A stretch of DNA of 64,000 bases from Pseudomonadota bacterium (lineage in GTDB: Bacteria; Pseudomonadota; Gammaproteobacteria; Xanthomonadales; Xanthomonadaceae): the NCBI GenBank assembly GCA_021821195.1, contig JAKACT010000007.1:11442-75441 (forward strand). Reading direction: 5' to 3'. This document shows positions 8,681 to 17,470 of the stretch, piece by piece. The position numbers and the translations under genes were made by a program. Under the pieces are notes generated by a model that searched no databases, was not told the origin of the DNA, and saw nothing but the letters and a program-made list of their open reading frames with translations. Positions within the stretch are counted from its first letter, which is position 1; every line of letters starts with the position of its first letter.

Positions 8681-10564
8681 TCATTGCGGCTGCCAGCGCA
8701 GGCTCAGTGCGTACTCGCGGCCCGGCTGCACGTACCAGGCACTGGTTTCGTAGTGCTTGTCGAACAGGTTCACCACGTTGGCCTGCAGGGTCCAGGCCGG
8801 GGCGAAGCGCCAGGACACGCGGCCGTCGAGGGTGCCGTAGCCGCCGACCCGCAGGCTGTTGGAGACATCGTCCCAGCGCGCGGCCTCGCCGATGGCGGAC
8901 ACGCCGAAGCCCCAGTCGCCGAACTCACGGTCCAGGTCGATGCGCGCGCTGCGGGTGGGGCGGCGCGCCAGGCGCTTGTCGTGGTTGAAGCCGGTGCTGG
9001 CGTTGCGTGCATCCAGCCAGCCCAGCTGGCCGCGCAGGTCCCATTCGCCCAGCGCCACGCTCGCGGTCAGCTCCAGTCCGCGGATGCGCGCCTGCTCGAC
9101 GTTGCCGGGCTTGCCGAGGCTGGCGTCCCAGGCGATCAGGTCATCGATGCGGGTGTGGTACGCGTTGGCCTGCACCTGCCAGCCGTCGCCGCTGCGCTGC
9201 AACGACAGCTCGCTGCTGCGCGACTGCTCCGGGCGCAGCAGCGGATTGCTGTAGCCGGGGTAGTACAGCTCGTTGAAGCTGGGCGCCTTGAACGCGGTGC
9301 CGTGGCTGGCGGTCACGCGCCAGCCGTCGGCGATGTCCATGCCCCAAGCCAGCCCGCCGGTGACGTGGCCGCCGAACTGGTCGTTGCGGTCGCTGCGCAG
9401 CGACAGCTGCAGGTCGTGCGCGCCGAAATCGCCCTGGTACTGGGCGAACACGGCGCGGTTGCCGCGCGCGGCGGCGAACGGCGACCACGCATCGACGATG
9501 GTGGCGCGGTCGCGCAGCCAGTCGAAGCCGGCGCTGAGCAGCTGGCCCTGCGCCACCGTCAGGTCGGCCTGCAGGCTGGCACTGTCGCGGCTGGTGGTGA
9601 AGCGGTTGCTGAAGACGTTGCCGATGTAGTTGTTGGAATCGTCGCTGTTGCGGCCCAGGGTCAGCTTCAGCTGCACGTCACTGGCCGCGGCCCAGCGCAC
9701 GCTGCCGCCGACGGTCTGCTGGACGATGTCGGAGTTGTCGACGTAGTCGCCGTCGTAGTCGTTGTGGCCCTCGGCGCGGCTGGCGCGGGCATCGAACTGC
9801 CAGCCATCGATGGGTGCGAAGTCGGCGCGCAGGCTGGCGCTGCTGTTGCGGTAACCGTCGCGGTCCAGGTGCGTGCCCGGCACGATGAAGCAGCCGGCGC
9901 CGGCCCAGGTGGCTGGGTCGTAGAAACCTCGGCAGGCGTTGATGCCGTCGGTCTGCTGATGGGCGACATCCACGCCCACGCCACCGCGCTTGCCGCGCAG
10001 GTCGACGCCGGCGGAGGCTTCGCGCAGGCCGTGGCTGCCGGCGGCGATGCGCCCGCGACCGCTGGTGCCTTCCCGGCCGCCGCGACGGGTGAAGATCTGG
10101 ATCACCCCGCCGATGGCATCGGCGCCGTACAGCGACGAGCGCGGGCCGCGCACGATCTCGATGCGCTCGATCTGCGCCAGCGGCAGGTCCTGCAGCATGG
10201 TCAGGCCGGAGGCCGGCGAGCCGACGCGCACGCCGTCGATCAGGAACAGGGTGTGGTCGGATTCGGTGCCGCGCAGGAACAGGGTGGACAGCTTGCCCAG
10301 CCCGCCCTGGTTAATCAGGGTGATGCCGGCGCGGCCGCGCAGCAGCTCCGGCAGCGAGCGTGCGCTGCTGGCGTCGATCTGCGCGCGGTCGATCACCTCC
10401 ACCGCCGCCAGCGCGGTGTCCGCGGTGGTGGCGGTGCGGGTGGCGGTGACGACGACCTTGTCGAGGTCGGTGGCGTCGTCGCCATGCGCCAGTGCCAGGC
10501 CGGGTAGCGCCAGTGCGAACGCCAGCGGGCTGAGGCGGAAGACGGTATCGCGATGGAACTTCAT
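8681..10564 (-). CDS. btuB: TonB-dependent vitamin B12 receptor
   Basis: Signal peptide, TonB box DKVVVTATR, plug motifs (IERIEIVRGPRSSLYGADAIGGVIQIFT), beta-barrel C-terminus; downstream of a cobalamin riboswitch. Confidence 0.92.
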   Translation of the reverse strand: MKFHRDTVFRLSPLAFALALPGLALAHGDDATDLDKVVVTATRTATTADTALAAVEVIDRAQIDASSARSLPELLRGRAGITLINQGGLGKLSTLFLRGTESDHTLFLIDGVRVGSPASGLTMLQDLPLAQIERIEIVRGPRSSLYGADAIGGVIQIFTRRGGREGTSGRGRIAAGSHGLREASAGVDLRGKRGGVGVDVAHQQTDGINACRGFYDPATWAGAGCFIVPGTHLDRDGYRNSSASLRADFAPIDGWQFDARASRAEGHNDYDGDYVDNSDIVQQTVGGSVRWAAASDVQLKLTLGRNSDDSNNYIGNVFSNRFTTSRDSASLQADLTVAQGQLLSAGFDWLRDRATIVDAWSPFAAARGNRAVFAQYQGDFGAHDLQLSLRSDRNDQFGGHVTGGLAWGMDIADGWRVTASHGTAFKAPSFNELYYPGYSNPLLRPEQSRSSELSLQRSGDGWQVQANAYHTRIDDLIAWDASLGKPGNVEQARIRGLELTASVALGEWDLRGQLGWLDARNASTGFNHDKRLARRPTRSARIDLDREFGDWGFGVSAIGEAARWDDVSNSLRVGGYGTLDGRVSWRFAPAWTLQANVVNLFDKHYETSAWYVQPGREYALSLRWQPQ

Positions 10565-10705
10565 GTTCGTAGGTTCTCCGGCGCGCACGCCCGCGCGCCC
10601 TGGGATGGTGGGCGACGGCAACGGTGGGGGAATCACGGACACAGGCGGACGCAGGCGCACGCGCGGGGCCGCGCGACGCCCTCCGCATCGCCATCAGACA
10701 TGCCT

Positions 10706-10905
10706 GTGGCCGGTCTCCGGGCTCGCGCGCGGCGCATCCATCGCGGGATGTTCCCTTCCGGCGCCTTCCCATGCGCATGCACAGTGGCCGATGCCGGAGT
10801 TGTCGCGCTTACCGTTGCGGGGGCAGCGCCGGACTGGAGGCGCTTTCGCGCTTCGTCACCGGCTTCCCGTTTCAACCCGCGGAGCATTCCGCAAGGTCAC
10901 CTCAA
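10706..10905 (-). ncRNA. Cobalamin (AdoCbl) riboswitch
   Basis: Minus strand AGGT...GAAACGGGAAGCCGGTG...TCCGGCGCTGCCCCCGCAACGGT...GCCACTG...GGGAAGG...GAGCCCGGAGACCGGCC (B12 box); TACAAT -10 just upstream at 10914-10919. Confidence 0.95.
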
Positions 10906-10951
10906 GCGCGGGCATTGTAGCCTGCCGCCGCGGCCGTACCCTTGCCTTGGG

Positions 10952-11323
10952 TCAATCGGCGGCGCCACCGTGGCGGTCGTCGTCGAACAGGGCGAATGCC
11001 GGCGCCGCCGCTTCCTCATGGTGGGTGGTGGTCACCGGCGCCGCGGCGGGCCGTCCGCGCGGCGGCGGCAGCAGCGCGATGGCGGCTTCGGCGGCCTGCA
11101 CCAGTTCGCTGCGGCGCGCCTCGGACACGTCCTGCCAATGGCAGTCCAGCAGCGCGCCTTCCAGCGCGTACAGCAGGTTGAGGCTGGGTTTGAAGCCGGC
11201 CCGGCGCACCTTCATGTAGGCGCCGACGGCACCGGCATCGGACAGGTCTTCCAGCGTGCGCAACCCGACCTGGCGCAGCCATGCCGCGGACTTGGGGCCG
11301 ATGTTGCGCAGCTTCACGTTCAT
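10952..11323 (-). CDS. TfoX/Sxy C-terminal-domain protein
   Basis: LRNIGPKSAAWLRQVG HhH-like motif and SLNLLYALEGAL..CHW, typical of TfoX_C. Confidence 0.8.
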   Translation of the reverse strand: MNVKLRNIGPKSAAWLRQVGLRTLEDLSDAGAVGAYMKVRRAGFKPSLNLLYALEGALLDCHWQDVSEARRSELVQAAEAAIALLPPPRGRPAAAPVTTTHHEEAAAPAFALFDDDRHGGAAD

Positions 11324-11805
11324 CCAAGCGCTTCCAGGTACGCCCGGGCGATCGCTTCCAGGCCATGCTGGTCTTCAACGGAAAAGCGCGCGGGAATCGG
11401 ACTGTCGAGGTCGAACACGCCCAGCAGCGTCTCGCCCTGGTACAGCGGCACCACCAGTTCCGAGCGGCTGGCCGAATCGCAGGCGATATGGCCGGGGAAG
11501 GCGTTCACGTCTTCCACCCGCTGGGTGGCGCGGGTGCTGGCGGCGGCGCCGCACACCCCCTTGGACAGCGGGATGCGCACGCAGGCGGGCAGGCCCTGGA
11601 AGGGACCCACCACCAGCTCGGTGCCATCGAAGAAGTAGAAGCCCACCCAGTTGAGGTGAGGCAGCGCGTGGTAGACCAGCGCCGACAGGTTGGCGGCGTT
11701 GGCGGTGCGGTCGCGCTCGCCGTGCAGCAGCGCGCGCGCCTGCTCCAGCAGCTGGGCGTATTGTTCCGGCTTGCTGCCGGTGAGGGCGGTGGCGGTGAAG
11801 CTCAT
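11320..11805 (-). CDS. msrC: GAF-domain free methionine-R-sulfoxide reductase
   Basis: NWVGFY, LVVGPFQGLPACVRI..GVCG, HIACD..SRSELVVP, GVFDLDS. Confidence 0.9.
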   Translation of the reverse strand: MSFTATALTGSKPEQYAQLLEQARALLHGERDRTANAANLSALVYHALPHLNWVGFYFFDGTELVVGPFQGLPACVRIPLSKGVCGAAASTRATQRVEDVNAFPGHIACDSASRSELVVPLYQGETLLGVFDLDSPIPARFSVEDQHGLEAIARAYLEALG

Positions 11806-11873
11806 GCGTGCAGTGTAGCAACCGCCGCCGCTGCCATTACCATCGCAGCCCTGAAGACGGATGGAGCGCGCCG

Positions 11874-12551
11874 ATGTTCTCGATCTACGTGACCGGTACC
11901 GATACCGGCATCGGCAAGACCCTGGCCAGCTGCACGCTGCTGCACGCGCTGCGCGCGCATGGGCTGCGCGCGGCGGGAATGAAGCCGGTCGCCAGCGGCT
12001 GCGCGCGCATCGACGGGCAATGGCGCAACGAGGACGCGCTGGCGCTGCAGGCCGCGGGCGCGCCGGGATTGGCCTACGACGACATCAATCCGTTCGCGCT
12101 GGAACATCCGCTGGCGCCCGAGCTGGCCGCGCGCGATGCCGGCACGGAAGTGACGCTGCCGCCGATCCTCGCTGCGCATGCGCGGCTGGCGACGGAGGTG
12201 GATGCGCTGGTGGTCGAGGGCGTGGGCGGCTGGGCCGCGCCGCTGTCGGCATCGATGATGCAGGTGGATCTTGTGCGTGCGCTGCGGCTGCCGGTGGTGC
12301 TGGTGGTCGGGCTGCGGCTGGGCTGCCTCAACCATGCGCTGCTGAGTGCGCGCGCGATCGTGGACGACGGCGCGCATCTGGCTGGCTGGATCGCCTCGCA
12401 CGTGGATCCGGCGATGGCACGCGTGGAGGACAACCTCGCGATGCTGCGCGAACGCCTGCCGGCGCCGTGCTGGGGCGTGCTGCCGCATGCGCCGGGCGTC
12501 GATCCGACGCTGCTGGCAAGGCATTTGCGGGTGCCGGTGCTGGGCACCTAG
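11874..12551 (+). CDS. bioD: Dethiobiotin synthase
   Basis: YVTGTDTGIGKT, MKPVASG, VVEGVGG, LRLGCLNHALL. Confidence 0.96.
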   Translation: MFSIYVTGTDTGIGKTLASCTLLHALRAHGLRAAGMKPVASGCARIDGQWRNEDALALQAAGAPGLAYDDINPFALEHPLAPELAARDAGTEVTLPPILAAHARLATEVDALVVEGVGGWAAPLSASMMQVDLVRALRLPVVLVVGLRLGCLNHALLSARAIVDDGAHLAGWIASHVDPAMARVEDNLAMLRERLPAPCWGVLPHAPGVDPTLLARHLRVPVLGT

Positions 12552-12635
12552 GCCGGTTGGGGCAAGCGGGTCTTCCCGCTCCAGAATTTTTCGCAGTCGT
12601 GACAAAGGGCTTCGCCACGCGCGATATCACTCGGT

Positions 12636-12752
12636 GCCGCGTTGTCCGGCCGCGGGGAAGCTTCGAGCGCGCCATGGATGGCGCGCGGCCGCGAATCGCA
12701 GCCGGATGCGGAGCCTGAGCGGCGAAGCTTCCCCGCGGCCGGACAATGCGGC
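12636..12752. repeat. 30-bp inverted repeat pair enclosing a GCGCGCCAT-GG-ATGGCGCGC hairpin (REP/MITE-like)
   Basis: 12636-12665 versus 12723-12752 match as reverse complements with one mismatch; inner hairpin 12667-12686. Confidence 0.8.
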
Positions 12753-12765
12753 TTCGTGAACTCGC

Positions 12766-12794
12766 AAAAAAACGCCCGGGTTTCCCCGGGCGTT
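12766..12794 (-). terminator. Rho-independent terminator of the RND operon
   Basis: AACGCCCGGG-N4-CCCGGGCGTT stem with a T-run on the minus strand. Confidence 0.85.
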
Positions 12795-12816
12795 CGCATT
12801 GCATCGTTCGGCAGCA

Positions 12817-15800
12817 TCAACCGTGCTGCGGTTCCGGCGGCGGCAGCGTGGACGCTTTTTTGCCGGTGTCGTGCGCGTGGTCACGCGCCAGGTACAGGTA
12901 GAACGCTGGCAGCACGAACAGGGTGAACAGCGTGCCGATGGTCATGCCGGAGGCGATCACCACGCCCATCGAGAACCGGGACGCGGCGCCCGGGCCCTTG
13001 GCCAGCAGCAGCGGGATCATCGCGAACACCAGCGCGGCGGTGGTCATCAGCACCGGGCGCAGGCGGATGCCAGTGGCTTCCTCGATCGCCTCGCGCTTCG
13101 ACAGGCCCTGCTCGATCTGCAGCTTGTTGGCGAACTCCACGATCAGGATGCCGTGCTTGGAGATCACGCCGACCAGCGTGACCAGGCCCACCTGCGTGTA
13201 GATGTTGATGCTCATGCCCGGGAACGCCTCGATCCCGGCGAACTGCAGCACCTGCGACAGCAGCGCCAGCACGTTCAGCGCCAGCAGCGCGCCGCAGATC
13301 GCCATCGGCACCGTCAGCAGCATGATCAGCGCGTCGCGGAAGCTCTCGAACTGCGCCGACAGCACCAGGAAGATCACCACCAGCGCCAGCGCCAGGGTCA
13401 TCAGCATCGCCGAGCCTTCCTGCTTGAACTGCCGCGACTCGCCGGCGTAGTCCACGCTGTAGCCCTGCGGCAGCACTTCCTTCGCGGCCTGGTCCAGGAT
13501 CGCCAGCGCCTCGCCCTTGCTCACGCCGGGGCGCGGGGCGAAGGTGATCGAGACCGCGTTGAGCTGCTGGAAGCGCTTGAGCGACTGTGGCTGCGCGCTC
13601 TCCTCGAGGGTGACGATGGTGGACAGCGGGATCAGCTGGCCGTCGCGGGTGCGGGTGTAGTAGTTCTCCAGTTGCGCCGCGTTGAGGCGGTCGCTGCGCT
13701 GCACCTGCGGGATCACCCGGTAGGCGCGGTTCTGCATCGAGAACAGGTTGGAGTAACCACCCGCCAGCATCGCCGACATGTCGGCCGCCAGCGTGCGCAT
13801 GTCGATGCCCAGCGTGGCCGCCTTGTCGCGGTCGATGTTGACCTCGATGCGCGGCTTGTCGATCTTCAGGTCCTTGTCCAGGAAGATGAAGCGCTTGCTG
13901 GCCATCGCCTTCTGCAGGATCGCATCGGCCAGCTCGGACAGCTGCGAGAGCTCGCCCACGCCGCCGATCACGAACTCGCCGCCGCCGCCACCACCGCCGG
14001 CGCTGGGCAGCGAAGGTGGCACCAGCGCGAAGATGTTGAGGCCGGTGACCTGCGACATCTTCGGCTGCAGTTCCTGTTGCAGCACTGCGTTGGTGGAGCG
14101 GTCGCGCTGGCTCCACGGCTTGAGCACGAAGCCGGCCATCGCGCTGGGGCTGGCGCCGCCGCCGCCGCCGAAGCCGCCGTTGAACATGAAGTAGTCCTGC
14201 ACTTCGGGCACGGTCTTGGCGATCTTGGTGACCTCCTCGGTGTAGCGCTCCACGTAGTCCAGCGTGGCGATGGGGTCGGCGCTGGCGACCGAGAAGATGA
14301 AGCCCTCGTCCTCCACCGGCGCCGGTTCCTTGGGCGCGCCCATGTACAGGAACACGCAGCTGACCAGCACGATCAGGCCGAACGCGGCGATCACCGACTT
14401 GGTCTCCAGTGCGCCGTGCAGCTTGCGCTGGTAGGCGTGGTGCAGCTTGTCGAACCGGGCGTCCAGCCACGCCTCGAAGCCGCGCTTGGCGCGCGCCGGG
14501 TCGTGCGGCAGCAGGATCTTCGAGCTCATCATCGGCGTCAGCGTCAGCGCGATCACGCCCGACAGCAGCACCGCGCCGGCCAGGGTGAACGCGAATTCGG
14601 TGAACAGCACGCCGGTCAGGCCGCCCTGGAAGCCGATCGGCAGGTACACCGCGATCAGCGTGGTGGTCATCGCCACCACCGGCCAGGCCAGCTCGCGCGC
14701 GCCGCGGATGGCGGCGTCGAACGGACTCATGCCCTCCTCGATGTGGCGGTGGATGTTCTCCAGCACGATGATCGCGTCGTCCACCACGATGCCGATCGCC
14801 AGCACCATCGACAACAGCGTCAGCAGGTTGATGGTGAAGCCCATCAGCAGCATCAGGAACAGTCCGCCGATCAGCGACAGCGGGATGGTCAGCGCCGGGA
14901 TCAGCACGCTGCGCAGCGAGCCCAGGAACAGGTAGATCACCACGATCACGATCAGCAGCGCTTCGATCAGCGTGCGGATCACCTCGTCGATGGCGTCCTG
15001 GATCGCCTCGGTGCTGTCGTACGGGATGCTCGCCTGCATGCCCTGCGGCAGCTGCGGCACGATCTCGTTGTCCCAGACCTTGCGCATCGCCTTGATCACG
15101 TCGAGCGAGTTGGCGTCCGGGGCCACGTAGATGCCCATGAACGTCGCCGACTCGCCGTTGATGCGCACGGAGGTGCCGTAGCTCTCCGAGCCCAGCGCCA
15201 CGTCGGCGATGTCGCCCAGCCGCACGATGGCGCCGTCCTGCTCGCGCACGATCAGCTTGCGGAACTCGTCGGCATTGCGCAGGTCGGTGCGCGCGGTCAT
15301 GTCGATGGCGACCATCTGGCCCTTGGTGGAGCCCACCGCCGCCAGCACGTTGTTGGACTGCAGTGCGTTCGACACGTCGCTGGCGGTGACCTTGAGCGCG
15401 GCCATCTTTTCCGGCTTCAGCCAGATGCGCATGGCGAAGGTGCCGGCGCCGAGGATCTCGGCGCGCTGCACGCCGTCCACGGTGACCAGCTTGGGCTGGA
15501 TCACCCGGGTCAGGTAGTCGGTGATCTGGTTGTTGTCCAGGGTCTCGCTGGCGAACGACACGTACATCGCCGCGATCTGCTCGCCCTGCTGCAGGTCGAT
15601 GACCGGGTCTTCCGACTGCGGCGGCAGCTGGCCGCGCATCTTGTTGACCTTGGCGCTGATCTGGGTGAGCGCCTCGCTGGGATCCTTGTCCAGGCGGATG
15701 TAGGCCTGGATATTGCTCATCCCCGCCGAGCTGGTCGACGACAGGTAGTCGATGCCCTCGGCGCTGGCGATCTCGCGCTCCAGCGGGGTGGTGATGAAGC

Positions 15801-15981
15801 CCTGGATCAGGTCGGCGTCGGCACCGAAATAGGTGGTGCTGATGTTGACCACCGCGTTGCGCATCTCGGGGTACTTGCGCACGTTCAGTTCGCTGAAGGC
15901 GCGCAGGCCGAACAGCAGGATGAACAGGCTGACGACCATCGCCAGCACCGGCTTCCTGATGAAGATATCGGTGAATTTCAT
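12817..15981 (-). CDS. RND efflux permease (HAE1/AcrB superfamily, MexW/MexI-like)
   Basis: MKFTDIFIRKPVLA N-terminus, 12-TM layout, proton relay residues IVVDDAIIVLEN, SKHGILIVEF, RLRPVLMT. Confidence 0.95.
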   Translation of the reverse strand: MKFTDIFIRKPVLAMVVSLFILLFGLRAFSELNVRKYPEMRNAVVNISTTYFGADADLIQGFITTPLEREIASAEGIDYLSSTSSAGMSNIQAYIRLDKDPSEALTQISAKVNKMRGQLPPQSEDPVIDLQQGEQIAAMYVSFASETLDNNQITDYLTRVIQPKLVTVDGVQRAEILGAGTFAMRIWLKPEKMAALKVTASDVSNALQSNNVLAAVGSTKGQMVAIDMTARTDLRNADEFRKLIVREQDGAIVRLGDIADVALGSESYGTSVRINGESATFMGIYVAPDANSLDVIKAMRKVWDNEIVPQLPQGMQASIPYDSTEAIQDAIDEVIRTLIEALLIVIVVIYLFLGSLRSVLIPALTIPLSLIGGLFLMLLMGFTINLLTLLSMVLAIGIVVDDAIIVLENIHRHIEEGMSPFDAAIRGARELAWPVVAMTTTLIAVYLPIGFQGGLTGVLFTEFAFTLAGAVLLSGVIALTLTPMMSSKILLPHDPARAKRGFEAWLDARFDKLHHAYQRKLHGALETKSVIAAFGLIVLVSCVFLYMGAPKEPAPVEDEGFIFSVASADPIATLDYVERYTEEVTKIAKTVPEVQDYFMFNGGFGGGGGASPSAMAGFVLKPWSQRDRSTNAVLQQELQPKMSQVTGLNIFALVPPSLPSAGGGGGGGEFVIGGVGELSQLSELADAILQKAMASKRFIFLDKDLKIDKPRIEVNIDRDKAATLGIDMRTLAADMSAMLAGGYSNLFSMQNRAYRVIPQVQRSDRLNAAQLENYYTRTRDGQLIPLSTIVTLEESAQPQSLKRFQQLNAVSITFAPRPGVSKGEALAILDQAAKEVLPQGYSVDYAGESRQFKQEGSAMLMTLALALVVIFLVLSAQFESFRDALIMLLTVPMAICGALLALNVLALLSQVLQFAGIEAFPGMSINIYTQVGLVTLVGVISKHGILIVEFANKLQIEQGLSKREAIEEATGIRLRPVLMTTAALVFAMIPLLLAKGPGAASRFSMGVVIASGMTIGTLFTLFVLPAFYLYLARDHAHDTGKKASTLPPPEPQHG

Positions 15982-16060
15982 GGGCAATCCTGGTTCAGGG
16001 CGGCGGCGGGAAGGGCGGTGCGGAAGGGCGCGGCCTGCTTCCGCGATCCTGTCCGCGGCC

Positions 16061-17251
16061 TTACCTGTTCTCGACTTCCGGCTGCGCGTCCGCGGTCGGG
16101 CGCACGTCGTTGTTGATCGTCACTTCGGCGCCGTTGCGCAGCTTCAGCAGGCCGGAGGTGACCACCTGTTCGCCGGCCTTGAGGCCGCTGGTGACCGCGA
16201 TCAGGTCGCCGCGGGTGGCGCCGGTCTTGATGAAGCGCTGCGTCACCACCAGCTTGTCGCCGGTCAGCGGCTTGCCCTGCATGTCGGTCTCGCCGGCCTT
16301 GCGCTTGGCCTTGCCGATCACGAACACCGCGTTGCCGTAGGGGTTGAAGCTGACCGCGGTCTGCGGGATCACCACCACCTCGCGCTCGCTGCCGAGGTCG
16401 AAGGCGACCTTGGCGAAGCTGCCCGGCCGCAACGTGCCGTCGGGATTGCGCAGGGTGGCCTGGGCCTTGAAGTTGCGGGTGTTGGCGTCGACCTGCGGCT
16501 CCAGCGCGGTGACCGTGCCCTCGAACGTGCGGCCGGGCAGCGCGTCGACGCTGGCGCGCACGGTGGTGCCGTCCACCAGCTTGCCGATCATCTGCTCGGG
16601 CAGGCTGAAGTCGAGGTAGATCGGATCGAGCTGCTGCAGGCTGACCACCGGCGCGCCCGGCGCCAGGAACTGGCCGAGGTTGATCTTGCGGATGCCCAGC
16701 ACGCCTGCGAACGGTGCGCGGATGGTCTTCTGTGCGATCAGCGCGCGCTGCGCCTCCACCTGCGCGCGCGCGGCAGCCGCGGCGGCGGTGCGCTGCTGCA
16801 CTTCATCCAGCGAAACCAGCTTGTCCTGGCCCAGCTGCTGCCAGCGGTGCGCCTGCGTTTCGGCCAGCCTGGCCGAAGTTTCCAGCGCCTTCAGCGTGGC
16901 CTCCTCGTTGGCGGTGTTCAGCCGCACCAGCACCGCGCCCGCGGCGACCGGCTGTCCGGCCTCGAACTCGATGCTGCGGACCACGCCGCCGGCTTCGGTG
17001 GTGACGTCGGTGCCGTTGACCGCGACCAGCGTGCCCACCGCTTCGCCCCGCTCGCTCCAGCGCTGCGGCTTGGCCGTGGTGGCCGACACCGCTGCCGCCG
17101 GCTGCGGCATGTTGTCGAAGAAGTTGTTGGTCTGCTTGGCGAAGTACGCCTTGAGCAGGAACACGCCGCCGAACACCACGGCGACGCCGACCAGCATCAG
17201 GATCCAGCGCAGGGCCGGACGGGGCGGACGACGGGAAGACTGGGCTGTCAT
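16061..17251 (-). CDS. RND periplasmic adaptor subunit (MexH/MexV-like)
   Basis: TM anchor, AGGVVRSIEFEAGQPVAAG, IRAPFAGVLG, LRPGSF; upstream of the RND permease. Confidence 0.93.
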   Translation of the reverse strand: MTAQSSRRPPRPALRWILMLVGVAVVFGGVFLLKAYFAKQTNNFFDNMPQPAAAVSATTAKPQRWSERGEAVGTLVAVNGTDVTTEAGGVVRSIEFEAGQPVAAGAVLVRLNTANEEATLKALETSARLAETQAHRWQQLGQDKLVSLDEVQQRTAAAAAARAQVEAQRALIAQKTIRAPFAGVLGIRKINLGQFLAPGAPVVSLQQLDPIYLDFSLPEQMIGKLVDGTTVRASVDALPGRTFEGTVTALEPQVDANTRNFKAQATLRNPDGTLRPGSFAKVAFDLGSEREVVVIPQTAVSFNPYGNAVFVIGKAKRKAGETDMQGKPLTGDKLVVTQRFIKTGATRGDLIAVTSGLKAGEQVVTSGLLKLRNGAEVTINNDVRPTADAQPEVENR

Positions 17252-17338
17252 GGGGAAATTCCTGGGAAGGCAACGCGGTTGCGCCTACAGGCGACGATGC
17301 GCGGCTGCGGGGGATCAGGCGAAAAGAGCGGGGGATCA

Positions 17339-17374
17339 TATACCCGACGGTATAGTAAATGCCAGCGTAAATGC
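17339..17374. promoter_or_regulatory. Palindrome TATACC-CGAC-GGTATA plus direct repeat GTAAATGC x2 in the divergent promoter region
   Basis: Palindrome 17339-17354; repeats 17355-17362 and 17367-17374; AT-rich patch between divergent genes. Confidence 0.5.
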
Positions 17375-17470
17375 GACTCATGTGCCGGTGGTCATGATGC
17401 CCGCCGCGGGGTGACAGTAAAGTTGCGGATTGGCCGGATGGTCGGCGGGCTGGAACGGGCGATGGGGCGG

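Noticed and set aside
12799-16116. 1105-aa plus-strand ORF, and similar long ORFs such as 54246..58397, 29081..32011, 50370..53417 and 8129..10507
   Set aside because: Antisense shadows of real genes caused by high-GC codon bias; Arg/Ala/Gly-rich with no domain motifs
15833-17470. 545-aa N-terminal extension of the patatin ORF
   Set aside because: It overlaps the minus-strand MFP gene; the real protein begins with a signal peptide near 17471
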